Of a stretch of DNA of 64,000 nt, positions 19,236 to 31,361 are shown piece after piece. Below the pieces are notes generated by a model. That model saw nothing but the letters and a program-made list of their open reading frames with translations. It was not told where the DNA came from and ran no database searches. The stretch is from a bacterium (lineage in GTDB: Bacteria > Patescibacteriota > Minisyncoccia > Phycocordibacterales > UBA5272). The DNA lies in NCBI GenBank assembly GCA_023267595.1, contig JAHFNB010000002.1, forward strand, positions 23,947 through 87,946, in the 5' to 3' direction. Numbering within the stretch: position 1 is the first letter of the stretch; each line of letters starts with the position of its first letter. Made by a program: the position numbers and the translations under genes.

Positions 19236-19874
19236 ATGAAAAAAATAATCTTTACCACATCATTACAAAACCCGAGAGGATTTACTCTTGTAGAACTTTT
19301 GATTAGTATGGTTATTTTCACTTCAGTAATCACGATTGCAACAGGGGCTCTTTTTTCTGCACAGACAATAAATACACGTCTTGAACAAACACAGTTAATA
19401 TTAGATGGTGTAAACCTTGCTGTAGAAGTAATGGCTCGTGATATTCGTTATGGTTCAGAGTTTCATTGTGATACAGTTATTCCTGCATCATCAATTCCAA
19501 TGACACGTACTAGTTGTCCATATGCAAATGGAGGAACTGTGATTATTTTGAGACCTTCAGTTGTGCTCTCTGGATCTAATGATCAAGCATCAGATCGAAT
19601 AATGTACTATCTTTCAAACGGTATTGTCTATAAAGATGAGTATAAAGAGGGTGTTATTGGAAATAAAATAACCTATCAGGTAACACCAACAGATGTGAAT
19701 ATTACAACACTTGCTTTCTATGTTACAGGTTCTGAAAATACATCAGCAGGAAATATTGTGCAACCACTCGTAACACTTGTACTCTCAGGAGTTACTGTTC
19801 CCGGTAAGACAAAAGTTACTCCCGTACAATTTACGATACAAACTAGTGTATCTGCTCGTGCGCTTGATATTTAA
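19236..19874 (+). CDS. Minor pilin (PilW/GspJ-like)
   Basis: RG/FTLVELLISMVIF; EVMARDIRYG. Confidence 0.8.
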   Translation: MKKIIFTTSLQNPRGFTLVELLISMVIFTSVITIATGALFSAQTINTRLEQTQLILDGVNLAVEVMARDIRYGSEFHCDTVIPASSIPMTRTSCPYANGGTVIILRPSVVLSGSNDQASDRIMYYLSNGIVYKDEYKEGVIGNKITYQVTPTDVNITTLAFYVTGSENTSAGNIVQPLVTLVLSGVTVPGKTKVTPVQFTIQTSVSARALDI

Positions 19875-19878
19875 AATT

Positions 19879-20556
19879 ATGAGACTTTCTTTCTTATCAC
19901 AATTACAAAATAGAGTACGAGGGTTTACTCTCATCGAAACACTCGTCTCTGTTTTTATTATTACAACAGTAATTTTAGGGCCTCTTACGGTTGCATCAAA
20001 TGCCTCAACATATGCACGGCAAACAAAAGATACTATGACGTCTGTTTATCTTGCTCAAGAAACACTCGAGTTACTTCATCATGTGCAAGATTCTATCTAT
20101 CTTGAATGCGGTTCACAGACAAGTTCTAATTGTCTTCCACAAAATGGAGAGACACCCAGTGAAGCAGCATGGAGAATATTTAGAGCACGATTAGGATATA
20201 ACTCGCAAGGGGTATCATGTTATGCCATTGATAATCCGTCAGGGTGTACGTACGATTTTATTGATATGACGACTGATGAAAGTGCTAATCCAAGTAAATA
20301 TAGTAGTAATGGAAATTCCTGTGCAACATTATCAATAAGTATAGATCATGTGTATGTATGTACTGGTGTCCACGGAACTGGTTTTACCCCTACGTCATTT
20401 TCTCGAACACTTACTCTTACATCACTTAAAACATTTTCTGGTGGTGATGAAGATTATAATGACGATTTACGCGCCACGGTCACTATTTCATTTAAGCGAC
20501 CAAATGGATATACACGAAGAATAAAAGTAGTTGATTTTTTCCACGCACGCGCATAA
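19879..20556 (+). CDS. Minor pilin (PilV/GspI-like)
   Basis: RG/FTLIETLVSVFII; YLAQETLE. Confidence 0.8.
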   Translation: MRLSFLSQLQNRVRGFTLIETLVSVFIITTVILGPLTVASNASTYARQTKDTMTSVYLAQETLELLHHVQDSIYLECGSQTSSNCLPQNGETPSEAAWRIFRARLGYNSQGVSCYAIDNPSGCTYDFIDMTTDESANPSKYSSNGNSCATLSISIDHVYVCTGVHGTGFTPTSFSRTLTLTSLKTFSGGDEDYNDDLRATVTISFKRPNGYTRRIKVVDFFHARA

Positions 20557-20560
20557 TCAT

Positions 20561-21193
20561 ATGAAATTATTTATATTTTTACAACATAAATTACGTAAAC
20601 AAAAAGGTTTTATTCTTCCGCTTACACTCCTTGTGTGTACTATTATTTTAACTGTTGCGACAGGTATTTCCGTTATCTTGGCCAAAGAGTTGTATTTTTC
20701 TCGAGTATCTCGTGATAGTCAACTTGCGTACTATGCAGCAGATACTGCAATGATGTGTGCACTTATGGTTGATGGAAAATATATTGATCCAACAACAGGA
20801 TTGGGTATTTTTCCATACAGTGCAGTGTTAGATGCAACAACAGAAATGAATACTGTATTAGAAAAGGTAAATCTACAAAGACAATTACGTAATTTACCAA
20901 ATCTTGTACTTGATGATATTAAGTGTGCTACTGCTCCTATATTTGATACTGCTATTTCTTCATTTACAACATCAGCATTTTCTCGTACCAACTCAGGTGG
21001 TGAACAAGAAAATGGTAAAACATCAACGTATACCATGCGAATGGATTTGGGAGATGGTACTGCACGTTGTGCATCAATTCTTATTTCAAAGACAGGTAAA
21101 TATAGACAAATTATTGCACGAGGATTTGCTGGATGTGAAGGCGTTGCTCATAATATAGAGCGTGCAGTTATTAATACAACAGAGGTCAGATAA
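20561..21193 (+). CDS. Minor pilin (PilX/GspK-like, no Glu5)
   Basis: KG/FILPLTLLV; SQLAYYAADTA. Confidence 0.75.
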   Translation: MKLFIFLQHKLRKQKGFILPLTLLVCTIILTVATGISVILAKELYFSRVSRDSQLAYYAADTAMMCALMVDGKYIDPTTGLGIFPYSAVLDATTEMNTVLEKVNLQRQLRNLPNLVLDDIKCATAPIFDTAISSFTTSAFSRTNSGGEQENGKTSTYTMRMDLGDGTARCASILISKTGKYRQIIARGFAGCEGVAHNIERAVINTTEVR

Positions 21194-21204
21194 TCCTAAT
21201 TTAA

Positions 21205-23238
<2,034 letters not shown>

Positions 23239-23247
23239 TTGCCACAT

Positions 23248-23532
23248 ATGTCAATAACATTAGAGGAACTAGACAATATATCGACTCTTGCCCGTATCGA
23301 TATTACTTCTGTAGAAAAACCAAAAATGCTTGCCGATATGCAGGCGATTGTAGAGTATATTTCTGAAATTAACTCTGTTAAAGGATCGGTAGATACGATA
23401 ATAAACTCACATCATAATATTACCCGTGAAGATGTAGTTACTCATACTACTGGTGATACTACAGAAGTATTACTTAGTGAAGCACCAAGTATTGAAAACG
23501 GGTATGTGAAAGTAGAGCAAGTATTCAAATAG
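23248..23532 (+). CDS. gatC: Asp/Glu-tRNA amidotransferase subunit C
   Basis: LARI, REDVV, APSIENGYVKV; directly upstream of gatA. Confidence 0.85.
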   Translation: MSITLEELDNISTLARIDITSVEKPKMLADMQAIVEYISEINSVKGSVDTIINSHHNITREDVVTHTTGDTTEVLLSEAPSIENGYVKVEQVFK

Positions 23533-24978
23533 GTGACAGATAACGAAGTGAGAGAAAATACCAAGATGCAAAAAACACTGAAACAATTACATGAAGAATT
23601 AAAATCAGGAACTCTTACAGTAGATGATTTGGTTTCATCGTATAAAAAAGTAATTAATGAAAAAGATGGAGAAATACATGCATTACTAGGTATGTATTCT
23701 GATTCATTAGTAGCATCACAAATTACAAAGGCAAAAGAAATGTTTGCAAATGGTACTGCGACTGTATTAACTGGTATACCTATTGTTTTAAAAGATAATA
23801 TTTTGGTGAAAGGTGAGTATGCAACTGGTGCTTCAAAGATTTTGGAAAACTATGTAGCAACATATGATGCAACTGTGGTAACACGATTAAAAGAAGCAGG
23901 TGCAATACTACTTGCACGTGCAAATATGGATGAATTTGCGATGGGTGGTTCAACGGAAAACTCTGCATTTGGTGTTACCAAAAATCCTTATGATCTCACA
24001 AAAGTATCTGGTGGATCATCCGGTGGGTCTGCTGCAGTTGTCGCGTATGGTGGAGTTCCTGTTTCTCTTGGATCAGACACTGGAGGGTCTATTCGTCAAC
24101 CTGCATCTTTTTGTGGTGTTGTAGGATTAAAGACTACGTACGGTGATGTATCACGCTATGGTCTTATGGCAATGGGAAGTTCTCTTGATCAGATTGGACC
24201 ATTTGGAAAAAGTGTAGAAGATGTAGAGGAAGTATACAAAATTATTAGTGGTTATGATGTACACGATAGTACTTCACTTAAAGACGGAGAGCGAGGAATC
24301 AAGAACGAAGAACAAATAAAAAAAGTTATTGGTGTACCACGAGATTTTATTAATCGTGACGGTATCGATAAAGAGGTAATTACAAACTTTAATGAATCTC
24401 TTGAAAAATTAAAAAAATCTGGATATCTTATAAAAGATATTACAATTCCAAATCTTGAGAAAGCATTGTCAGTGTATTACATTATTATGCCAGCAGAAGT
24501 TTCCAGTAACTTAGCACGATACGATGGTATCAGGTACGGGTTGTCTCGTGGTGGAGAAACGAGTATTCGTAGTTACTTTGAATCTCGGACTGCAGGATTT
24601 GGTGAAGAAGTTCGTCGTCGTATTTTATTAGGTACATATGTGCTTTCTTCTGGATATTATGATGCATATTATAATAAAGCAAATATTGTGCGTGCAATGC
24701 TTACCGAAGAATTTGTAAAAATATTTAAAGATGTAGATGTAATTGCAACACCAACTTCTCCAGTTCCTGCATTTGGAATTGGAGAAAAAACAAAAGATCC
24801 ACTTGCAATGTATTTGGCAGATATTTTTACAGTACCTGCAAACATTGTTGGAGTTCCTGCAATTTCAATTCCGAGTGGAAAAACAGAAAAAGGTCTTCCT
24901 TTTGGCATGCAGTTTACAGCAGCACATACTCGTGAGGATGTACTATTCACTATCGGTAAAGATTTTGAAAAGTTATAA
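23533..24978 (+). CDS. gatA: Asp/Glu-tRNA amidotransferase subunit A (alternative ATG start 23566)
   Basis: GIPIVLKDN, GGSSGGS, GSDTGGSIRQP, SSNLARYDG. Confidence 0.97.
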   Translation: MTDNEVRENTKMQKTLKQLHEELKSGTLTVDDLVSSYKKVINEKDGEIHALLGMYSDSLVASQITKAKEMFANGTATVLTGIPIVLKDNILVKGEYATGASKILENYVATYDATVVTRLKEAGAILLARANMDEFAMGGSTENSAFGVTKNPYDLTKVSGGSSGGSAAVVAYGGVPVSLGSDTGGSIRQPASFCGVVGLKTTYGDVSRYGLMAMGSSLDQIGPFGKSVEDVEEVYKIISGYDVHDSTSLKDGERGIKNEEQIKKVIGVPRDFINRDGIDKEVITNFNESLEKLKKSGYLIKDITIPNLEKALSVYYIIMPAEVSSNLARYDGIRYGLSRGGETSIRSYFESRTAGFGEEVRRRILLGTYVLSSGYYDAYYNKANIVRAMLTEEFVKIFKDVDVIATPTSPVPAFGIGEKTKDPLAMYLADIFTVPANIVGVPAISIPSGKTEKGLPFGMQFTAAHTREDVLFTIGKDFEKL

Positions 24979-24996
24979 TATACGTAGGTTATTCCA

Positions 24997-26373
24997 ATGT
25001 ATTCATTCTCCATAGATTATCTTTTTAATAGAGTGTACGACGTATTGCTTTGGATAAAGTATGTTTGGCTTTTTGGTATTTTACGTATTGATCCACAGGC
25101 ATATTTGGATGCACATATAGATAGAACATGGGATGGACTTCGTGATAGAGGATGGTTTGATAGTTATTTAGCCCACAAGAGTGATACGATGTTACCTGCA
25201 GATGTGCATGTATCTTTATGGCAAAGAGTTCTTGAAAAGTTTGGATATAAACTTCCTGATTCTGATAATGACGGTATTCCAGATGTTACAGATCCTAGTC
25301 CGTATGATTCTCATAATTTATCACAAGCAGCATTAAAAGAGCGTTATCAAGAAGATTACACGTTATGGGATAACATTAGAGATATTTTTGGTATTGGTCC
25401 AAAAGAAACTGATGGTGATGGAGTTCCAAATAGTTATGAATCTTCTCATGGTATGGATCCAAATAACCCTGATTCTGATAGAGATGGATTATTAGATGGT
25501 GAAGAATTACGTATAGGTACTGACCCACTTAATAATGATACAGATCATGATCTCGTACTAGATGGTCGCGATGAAGCACCACTTGATTCTTCTGTATCAT
25601 CAATTGGTCCTGATTCTGATGGTGATGGAGTGAGTGATAAAATCGAGAAATCACTTGGGACTGATATCTATAAAAAAGACTCTGATAGCGATGGTATTCC
25701 AGATTCTATGGATACGTACCCACTTGATGCAAATAATCTCAGTCAGGCACCTTCTTTTGATATTACAAAACATGTTGATGGGTTACATCTTTCCATACAA
25801 AATCCTATTCTTGCTCTTGTTGCAGATTTTTTGTCTATACTCACCATTCTCATTCTTCTTGTTCTTGTTTATGCTTCTGTGCGGTGGTTTATACAATTTG
25901 TAGGTTCACTTAATCATTATGAACATCATTTTATCGATACTCATAAACATAAAGGCGGTAGTTTTCATACTATCAAAGATGAAAGTATGCCTGCAGGTAT
26001 TCCGAATCTTCCTGTTGCAGAAGTTGGTGCTCCAATTGCACCCCCACAAGTAGAAGAATTTAAAAATCATCCACGTTTTGCAATTATTGAAGGATATTTG
26101 AGTAGTACAAGTGAAGCATTATGGAGGATAGGAATATTAGAAGCAGATAATTTACTCCATGATGTATTAGTAGAAAAAGGATATACAGGAACTGATATGT
26201 CAGAACTTCTTAAACAGGCACACTTCAAAACAATTGATCTTGCATGGGACGCACATAAAATACGAAATAGAATTGCACATGAGGGTTCAGCATTTGTACT
26301 TACAGAACGTGAAGCAAGACGTGCATTTACGTTGTATGAATCTGTGTTTAAAGAATTGAAAGTGATTAAGTAG
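24997..26373 (+). CDS. Membrane protein with thrombospondin type-3-like Ca-binding repeats and a C-terminal RNRIAH (HEPN-like) domain
   Basis: Six D-[ST]-D-x-D-[GL] repeats, hydrophobic TM segment, C-terminal AHKIRNRIAHEG. Confidence 0.7.
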   Translation: MYSFSIDYLFNRVYDVLLWIKYVWLFGILRIDPQAYLDAHIDRTWDGLRDRGWFDSYLAHKSDTMLPADVHVSLWQRVLEKFGYKLPDSDNDGIPDVTDPSPYDSHNLSQAALKERYQEDYTLWDNIRDIFGIGPKETDGDGVPNSYESSHGMDPNNPDSDRDGLLDGEELRIGTDPLNNDTDHDLVLDGRDEAPLDSSVSSIGPDSDGDGVSDKIEKSLGTDIYKKDSDSDGIPDSMDTYPLDANNLSQAPSFDITKHVDGLHLSIQNPILALVADFLSILTILILLVLVYASVRWFIQFVGSLNHYEHHFIDTHKHKGGSFHTIKDESMPAGIPNLPVAEVGAPIAPPQVEEFKNHPRFAIIEGYLSSTSEALWRIGILEADNLLHDVLVEKGYTGTDMSELLKQAHFKTIDLAWDAHKIRNRIAHEGSAFVLTEREARRAFTLYESVFKELKVIK

Positions 26374-26430
26374 TACTTGTTTATAGCCGTTAATTGTGGT
26401 ATTATATTTGAACTTCATTGAAGTTTATAT

Positions 26431-26501
26431 AGCGGAGTGGAGTAGAGGTAACTCACGAGGCTCATAACCTCGGGACACCAGTTCGATTCTGGTCTCCGCA
26501 A
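26431..26501 (+). tRNA. Initiator tRNA-fMet(CAT)
   Basis: A1:A72 mismatch, A11-T24 pair, CGAGG-CTCATAA-CCTCG. Confidence 0.85.
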
Positions 26502-26527
26502 CAAGTAGTGCTACGTGACAAACACCA

Positions 26528-26568
26528 GGGAAGAAGCGCCCGCCACGTAGTGGCGGGCGCTTCTTCCC
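26528..26568. repeat. Perfect 19-bp GC-rich palindrome with GTA loop
   Basis: GGGAAGAAGCGCCCGCCAC-GTA-GTGGCGGGCGCTTCTTCCC. Confidence 0.8.
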
Positions 26569-26627
26569 ATTAACATAAGTACTATCTTTTATCGGGCTTA
26601 TGGGTTACAGTTATTAAATAAAAATAT

Positions 26628-26701
26628 GTCAGTGTAGCTCAGTTGGTTAGAGCGAAGGACTCATAAGCCTTAGGTCGGAGGTTCGATCCCTCCCACTGAC
26701 A
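26628..26701 (+). tRNA. tRNA with CAT anticodon (elongator Met, or Ile2)
   Basis: GTCAGTG/CACTGAC acceptor, loop CTCATAA, T-loop TTCGATC. Confidence 0.88.
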
Positions 26702-26757
26702 CCCGTTTATACGGATTCTAGTTTTTTGCTAGAATGTGCAAGTAAGATTACAATCAT

Positions 26758-26831
26758 GCAGTCGTAGCTCAGCTGGTTAGAGCACCGCCCTGTCACGGCG
26801 GGGGTCGTGGGTTCAAATCCCATCGACTGCG
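26758..26831 (+). tRNA. tRNA-Asp(GTC)
   Basis: GCAGTCG/CGACTGC acceptor, CCGCC-CTGTCAC-GGCGG, G73. Confidence 0.94.
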
Positions 26832-26839
26832 CAAAAAGT

Positions 26840-26950
26840 AACTGACCTATATCAGTTGCGTTGGGATTTGAATAGGGGTTGCGAAATTACTTCGAGCCTG
26901 CCTCGCCGTTAGGCGGGCAACGCGAGGCAGGTTTGCGACCAAATCCTATC
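26840..26950 (+). repeat. tRNA-linked hairpin module, copy 2 (Asp, degenerate)
   Basis: AACTGA..TCAGTT hairpin; TGGGATTTGAA (inverted T-arm); TAGGGGTTGCGAAATTACTTCG...TTTGCGAC; CAAATCCTATC (tRNA has CAAATCCCATC). Confidence 0.7.
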
Positions 26951-27002
26951 ACTAGTAGTATTTGCATATTTTTCTCGACCATGTTAGATTTCACAATATT
27001 AT

Positions 27003-27275
27003 ATGCAAATGTCAATTAACCTCTTCCACATAGTTGTCTTAATTTTTCGTACTTTTTGGATGGTACTCATCTCTCTTTTTATCTGGGTGAAAGGGTTTCC
27101 TCTTGTTCAACAACTTTTTTCAATAGTATTGCATATTATCGTTATCGGTTCTTTTATAGTAAGTATCTTTACGCAAAATCTCACTATGTTTGTGATATCA
27201 GGAGCCTTTCTTTTTCCATTTCCATATTCTATTGTATTACTTGCTATAGGATGTAGTTTCTTGCTTGCTATCTAA
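27003..27275 (+). CDS. Small hydrophobic membrane protein
   Basis: 90 aa with about 3 TM segments. Confidence 0.55.
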   Translation: MQMSINLFHIVVLIFRTFWMVLISLFIWVKGFPLVQQLFSIVLHIIVIGSFIVSIFTQNLTMFVISGAFLFPFPYSIVLLAIGCSFLLAI

Positions 27276-27318
27276 GTGTAAAGTTTTATTGTAAAGGTTT
27301 TTCTGTTAGAATCGTTGT

Positions 27319-28212
27319 ATGAAATATCAAGTGCTTATTTTTTATAAATACATAACAATAGAAAATCCTCTAGAATTACAAAAGAAGTATTTAGAACTTT
27401 GTACACGTTTTAAGTTGAAAGGTCGTACGATTATTGCACAAGAAGGAATCAATTCTACATTAGAAGGAACTGTAGAAGATACAGAAAATTTTTTGAAAGA
27501 ATTTTTACAAGATTCACGATTTTCAGATATTTTTGTAAAGAGAAGTGAGGGGACAGGAAATTCATTTCCAAAACTTTCTGTAAAAGTACGTCCAGAAATT
27601 GTGGCAACTCGTTTTCCACCTGAGATTGATCCTCGTATACAAACTGCTCCTTATCTTTCACCAGAGGAATTACATACATGGTATGAAAAGAATGAAAATT
27701 TTGTTGTTGTGGATATGCGTAATTCATATGAATTTTCGTCAGGACATTTTAAGAACTCTCTTGATACAAAGATGGACGCATCTCGTGAACTTCCAGAAAA
27801 GATAGATACCATTAAAGATAAAACACAAGGGAAAAAGATTCTCACAGTATGTACTGCGGGTGTACGATGTGAAAAAATGTCTGCATATTTACTGCACGCA
27901 GGATTTAAAGATGTCTATCAATTAGACGGAGGAATGCATAGTTATATAGAGAAATATCCTGACGGACATTTTGAGGGAACACTTTTTACTTTTGATAATC
28001 GTCTCGTGATGGATTTTGGTGGTAATAGGAAAATAATTGGTAGATGTAAACGTTGTGATGACAAAACAGAGCAATATCAAAACTGTGCAAATGCAGAATG
28101 TAATATGCTCTTCTTAATTTGTAATGACTGTATGTCATCTGAAGGTCCAGGATTCTGCAGTGAAAAATGTGAAAAATCCCCCGCACGAGTAGTACAAAGA
28201 GTGAGAGGGTAA
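27319..28212 (+). CDS. trhO: Rhodanese-related tRNA uridine(34) hydroxylase (YceA/TrhO family)
   Basis: FYKY, LKGRTIIAQEGINSTL, DMRNSYE, CTAGVRCEK, FDNR, Cys-rich C-terminus. Confidence 0.88.
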   Translation: MKYQVLIFYKYITIENPLELQKKYLELCTRFKLKGRTIIAQEGINSTLEGTVEDTENFLKEFLQDSRFSDIFVKRSEGTGNSFPKLSVKVRPEIVATRFPPEIDPRIQTAPYLSPEELHTWYEKNENFVVVDMRNSYEFSSGHFKNSLDTKMDASRELPEKIDTIKDKTQGKKILTVCTAGVRCEKMSAYLLHAGFKDVYQLDGGMHSYIEKYPDGHFEGTLFTFDNRLVMDFGGNRKIIGRCKRCDDKTEQYQNCANAECNMLFLICNDCMSSEGPGFCSEKCEKSPARVVQRVRG

Positions 28213-28232
28213 ACTATGCTAGTATAGTATGT

Positions 28233-28544
28233 ATGAATATACAAGAACTCATCTCCTACATTGCAAAGCGGTATCAATTTACTCCAGAGAAATACCCAGA
28301 AATAAAAGATATGACAGAAGAAGAGAAATTATCTTTTGCTATCAGGCATTTATCTATTCATTTTTCAAAAACAGCAGGTAAAGTTGCAACAGTGAGTGAG
28401 GCACGTGATCATGGTGGAGAAATTGATTTTGAGAGTCTTAAGGTTGATGTTGCAAAGTCTCTTCTTAATACATTACGACTTGCAGAACTAGTAAAGGTTT
28501 CAAGTGATGAATTAGAGTCAATGATAAAAGCATACGTTAAGTAA
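28233..28544 (+). CDS. Hypothetical all-alpha protein (possibly MazG-like fold)
   Basis: 103-aa ORF with a leaderless-type promoter; helical pattern. Confidence 0.55.
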   Translation: MNIQELISYIAKRYQFTPEKYPEIKDMTEEEKLSFAIRHLSIHFSKTAGKVATVSEARDHGGEIDFESLKVDVAKSLLNTLRLAELVKVSSDELESMIKAYVK

Positions 28545-28608
28545 TAAGATTCCCCAGTCTTTGTATTTTTAAAATAAAAGTACCAAGAAATAATAAGTAA
28601 TCTTCTAT

Positions 28609-28637
28609 TTGACAAAAAGGTTATAGTTTGCTATAAT
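28609..28637 (+). promoter_or_regulatory. Consensus sigma70 promoter of the DEAD-box helicase, long 5' leader
   Basis: TTGACA-17 bp-TATAAT; about 135 nt to the ATG. Confidence 0.8.
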
Positions 28638-28780
28638 GGGTATATTATTTCCTTTATGGATATCCTCCGTGTAGTCAGTTTTATTTGACGCGTTGTGGCT
28701 AACCATACATCTATCTCCTCGATAGACATAACTTCATCGAAGAAGTTGAGCGCAAATAATTAACTTAATTACAACAAAAT

Positions 28781-30085
28781 ATGTATACCATCACTACTGG
28801 TGGGTCTACGGACTCACGCAATCGTTCTCGTTCGTCAGGTTCTCGTTTCTCTTCACCATCACGGTCTCGTTCATCATCTGAGAGGTTTTCTCGCGGTCAA
28901 TCACGAGGAGGTTCTCGAGGTGGTTTTTCTCGTGGAGGAGGGCGTCCTCTTAATCCAAAGCGTGGATTTAAAAAGGATTATATCGACGAAAAACTTTTTA
29001 TTAACAAAGAAGCAGGAGTTACAGAAACAGATCATTATAAACCGACTCACAAATTTACAGACTTCGGTATTGCTGAGATGTTATCTGCTAACTTAACTGC
29101 AAAAGGTCTCATTAGTCCATCTCCAATTCAAGACCAAGCCATTCCTGTGGTATTACAAGGAGGAGATGTTATCGGTATTGCAAGTACAGGTACAGGAAAG
29201 ACTGCTGCATTTCTTATTCCTCTTATCAATAAACTTGTGGCAAATAAAGACCACAAGATTATGGTTCTTACACCAACACGTGAACTTGCACAACAAGTAG
29301 AAGCAGAATTCGTCGCATTTACTCGTGGCATGAAATTATTCTCAGTATCATGTGTAGGTGGAGCACCAATTATGCGTCAAATTAAAGAACTTGAACTCGG
29401 TGTTCATGCTGTTATCGGCACACCAGGACGTGTCAAAGATCTTATTGAGCGTGGAAAGATAAATATGAATTATTTCGATAGTATTGTTCTTGATGAAGCA
29501 GATAGAATGCTTGATATGGGATTCATAGACGATATGCGTTCTATCTTAGGTGCAATGCCAAAGACAAAGCAAGGACTGTTTTTCTCTGCGACATTTTCAC
29601 CAGATATTAAACGTCTTTGTAGTGACTTCTTACAAAATCCAGTAACTGTTTCTGTAAAGTCACGTGACACTGCTGCATCTGTTATGCAAGATGTGGTTCG
29701 TGTTCAAGGAGATGGAGAAAAAATAGAAGCATTACATGGAATACTCCTTAAACCAGAATATGGAAAGGTACTTATTTTCCGAGAAATGAAGCGTCATGTG
29801 GATGGCCTTGCAGAAGAATTAAACAAGCGTGGATTCAAAGCGCTTGCATTACATGGTGATATGCATAATCGTGAACGTGAACGTGCGGTAAAAGCACTTG
29901 AAACAGGAAAGGTACAAGTAGTGATTGCAACTGACGTTGCAGCACGTGGACTTGATATCTCTGATATTTCACTTGTGATTAACTACGATATTCCAAATAA
30001 TTACGAAACATACATTCATCGTATTGGTCGTACAGGACGTGGAACAAAACTCGGTCACGCACTTACCTTTGTCCCAAAAAGATAA
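28781..30085 (+). CDS. DEAD-box RNA helicase with N-terminal RS/RGG-rich tail
   Basis: Q motif, ASTGTGKT, PTRELA, LDEADRM, SAT, HRIGRTGR. Confidence 0.95.
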   Translation: MYTITTGGSTDSRNRSRSSGSRFSSPSRSRSSSERFSRGQSRGGSRGGFSRGGGRPLNPKRGFKKDYIDEKLFINKEAGVTETDHYKPTHKFTDFGIAEMLSANLTAKGLISPSPIQDQAIPVVLQGGDVIGIASTGTGKTAAFLIPLINKLVANKDHKIMVLTPTRELAQQVEAEFVAFTRGMKLFSVSCVGGAPIMRQIKELELGVHAVIGTPGRVKDLIERGKINMNYFDSIVLDEADRMLDMGFIDDMRSILGAMPKTKQGLFFSATFSPDIKRLCSDFLQNPVTVSVKSRDTAASVMQDVVRVQGDGEKIEALHGILLKPEYGKVLIFREMKRHVDGLAEELNKRGFKALALHGDMHNRERERAVKALETGKVQVVIATDVAARGLDISDISLVINYDIPNNYETYIHRIGRTGRGTKLGHALTFVPKR

Positions 30086-30101
30086 CTCTTTTGCAAAGAG
30101 A

Positions 30102-30138
30102 AATAAAAAAAGTATGCCGTAGGCATACTTTTTTTATT
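30102..30138 (+). terminator. Intrinsic terminator
   Basis: AATAAAAAAAGTATGCC-GTA-GGCATACTTTTTTTATT. Confidence 0.8.
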
Positions 30139-30224
30139 GACAAACTATGTTATTTATTATAGTTTAATATCAAACTTTCAGTATTCACTGTTAAGTATTA
30201 ATTCTTGTAAAAGGAGCGACAATA

Positions 30225-30659
30225 ATGGATATTTTGAATATTCTTCAAATTGTCTCGTCGTATGTTTGCAGTTTTGCTTTATTGGTAGCAACTCTCTTGA
30301 TCAATTACAAAGATCATGTGAAGGTTGAATCAAAACACCTATTCGGAAAAACAATATCTGCACTTCTTGTGGGTAGTGGTATCTACATTATCACAAGTTC
30401 TATAAGTAAGGTAGATATTCCTTACTTTAGTTATGTAGTATTGTTTGGAGTTTCGGTTTTTGCTGTATGGGTCTTGTGGTATGTGGTCCTTTATGGGTTG
30501 TATGTTGATTACTTTTTCTGTACACCCATTGGTCTGCGGTGTCATGCTTGGTATAAGAAAAAGTATGCACCGAAAACAGTATGGGATTGTATATTTCCTA
30601 AGAAGCATAACCCATGGTATCGTTTTCATCGCTGGTTCCTTGGTATTTTTTTAGGATAA
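30225..30659 (+). CDS. Orphan membrane protein
   Basis: TTGACA promoter, AAGGAG SD, 3 TMs, terminator at 30677-30704. Confidence 0.65.
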   Translation: MDILNILQIVSSYVCSFALLVATLLINYKDHVKVESKHLFGKTISALLVGSGIYIITSSISKVDIPYFSYVVLFGVSVFAVWVLWYVVLYGLYVDYFFCTPIGLRCHAWYKKKYAPKTVWDCIFPKKHNPWYRFHRWFLGIFLG

Positions 30660-30808
30660 TAAATATTAATTTTTATAAAGTCTCCGTCACGCGGAGACTT
30701 TTTTGCATCTTGTTGTTTATTAAGTTATAGTTATTACATATCAGAAATCAGTATTGATAGATAATGTTACGCATTTATATTTAACTTAAAAACATATAAC
30801 TAATAACT

Positions 30809-31354
30809 ATGAGTCATTTAACAGAAGGAAATAAAGTTCCACAAGTAATATTTAAAACACGTGTTCGTGATGAATCAGTTGCAGGGGATAATCCATTTCG
30901 TTGGCAAGACCTTACAACAGATGATATTTTTAAGGGAAAGAAAGTGGTAGTCTTTTCACTTCCAGGAGCCTTTACTCCGACATGCTCTTCAACACATGCT
31001 CCAGGATATGAAGAAAAATATGATGAGTTTAAGAAATTAGGAGTAGACGAAATAATTTGTCTATCAGTCAATGATGCATTTGTTATGTATAATTGGAAAA
31101 AGAACTTGAAGATTGAGAAAGTTTTCATGTTACCGGATGGGAATGCTGATTTTACTCGGGCTATGGGAATGCTCGTTAAGAAAGAAAATCTAGGTTTTGG
31201 TGAACGTTCATGGAGATATTCTATGTATGTTGATGATGGTATTATCAAAAAGATGTTTATAGAACCAGGAATGTCTGATAATTATGCATCAGATCCATTT
31301 GAAGTTAGTGATGCAGATACAATGCTTAACTATTTGAAAATGTCAGGAAAATAA
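30809..31354 (+). CDS. Peroxiredoxin (Prx5/PGdx type)
   Basis: [31 protein letters not shown]. Confidence 0.93.
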   Translation: MSHLTEGNKVPQVIFKTRVRDESVAGDNPFRWQDLTTDDIFKGKKVVVFSLPGAFTPTCSSTHAPGYEEKYDEFKKLGVDEIICLSVNDAFVMYNWKKNLKIEKVFMLPDGNADFTRAMGMLVKKENLGFGERSWRYSMYVDDGIIKKMFIEPGMSDNYASDPFEVSDADTMLNYLKMSGK

Positions 31355-31361
31355 GAGCACT

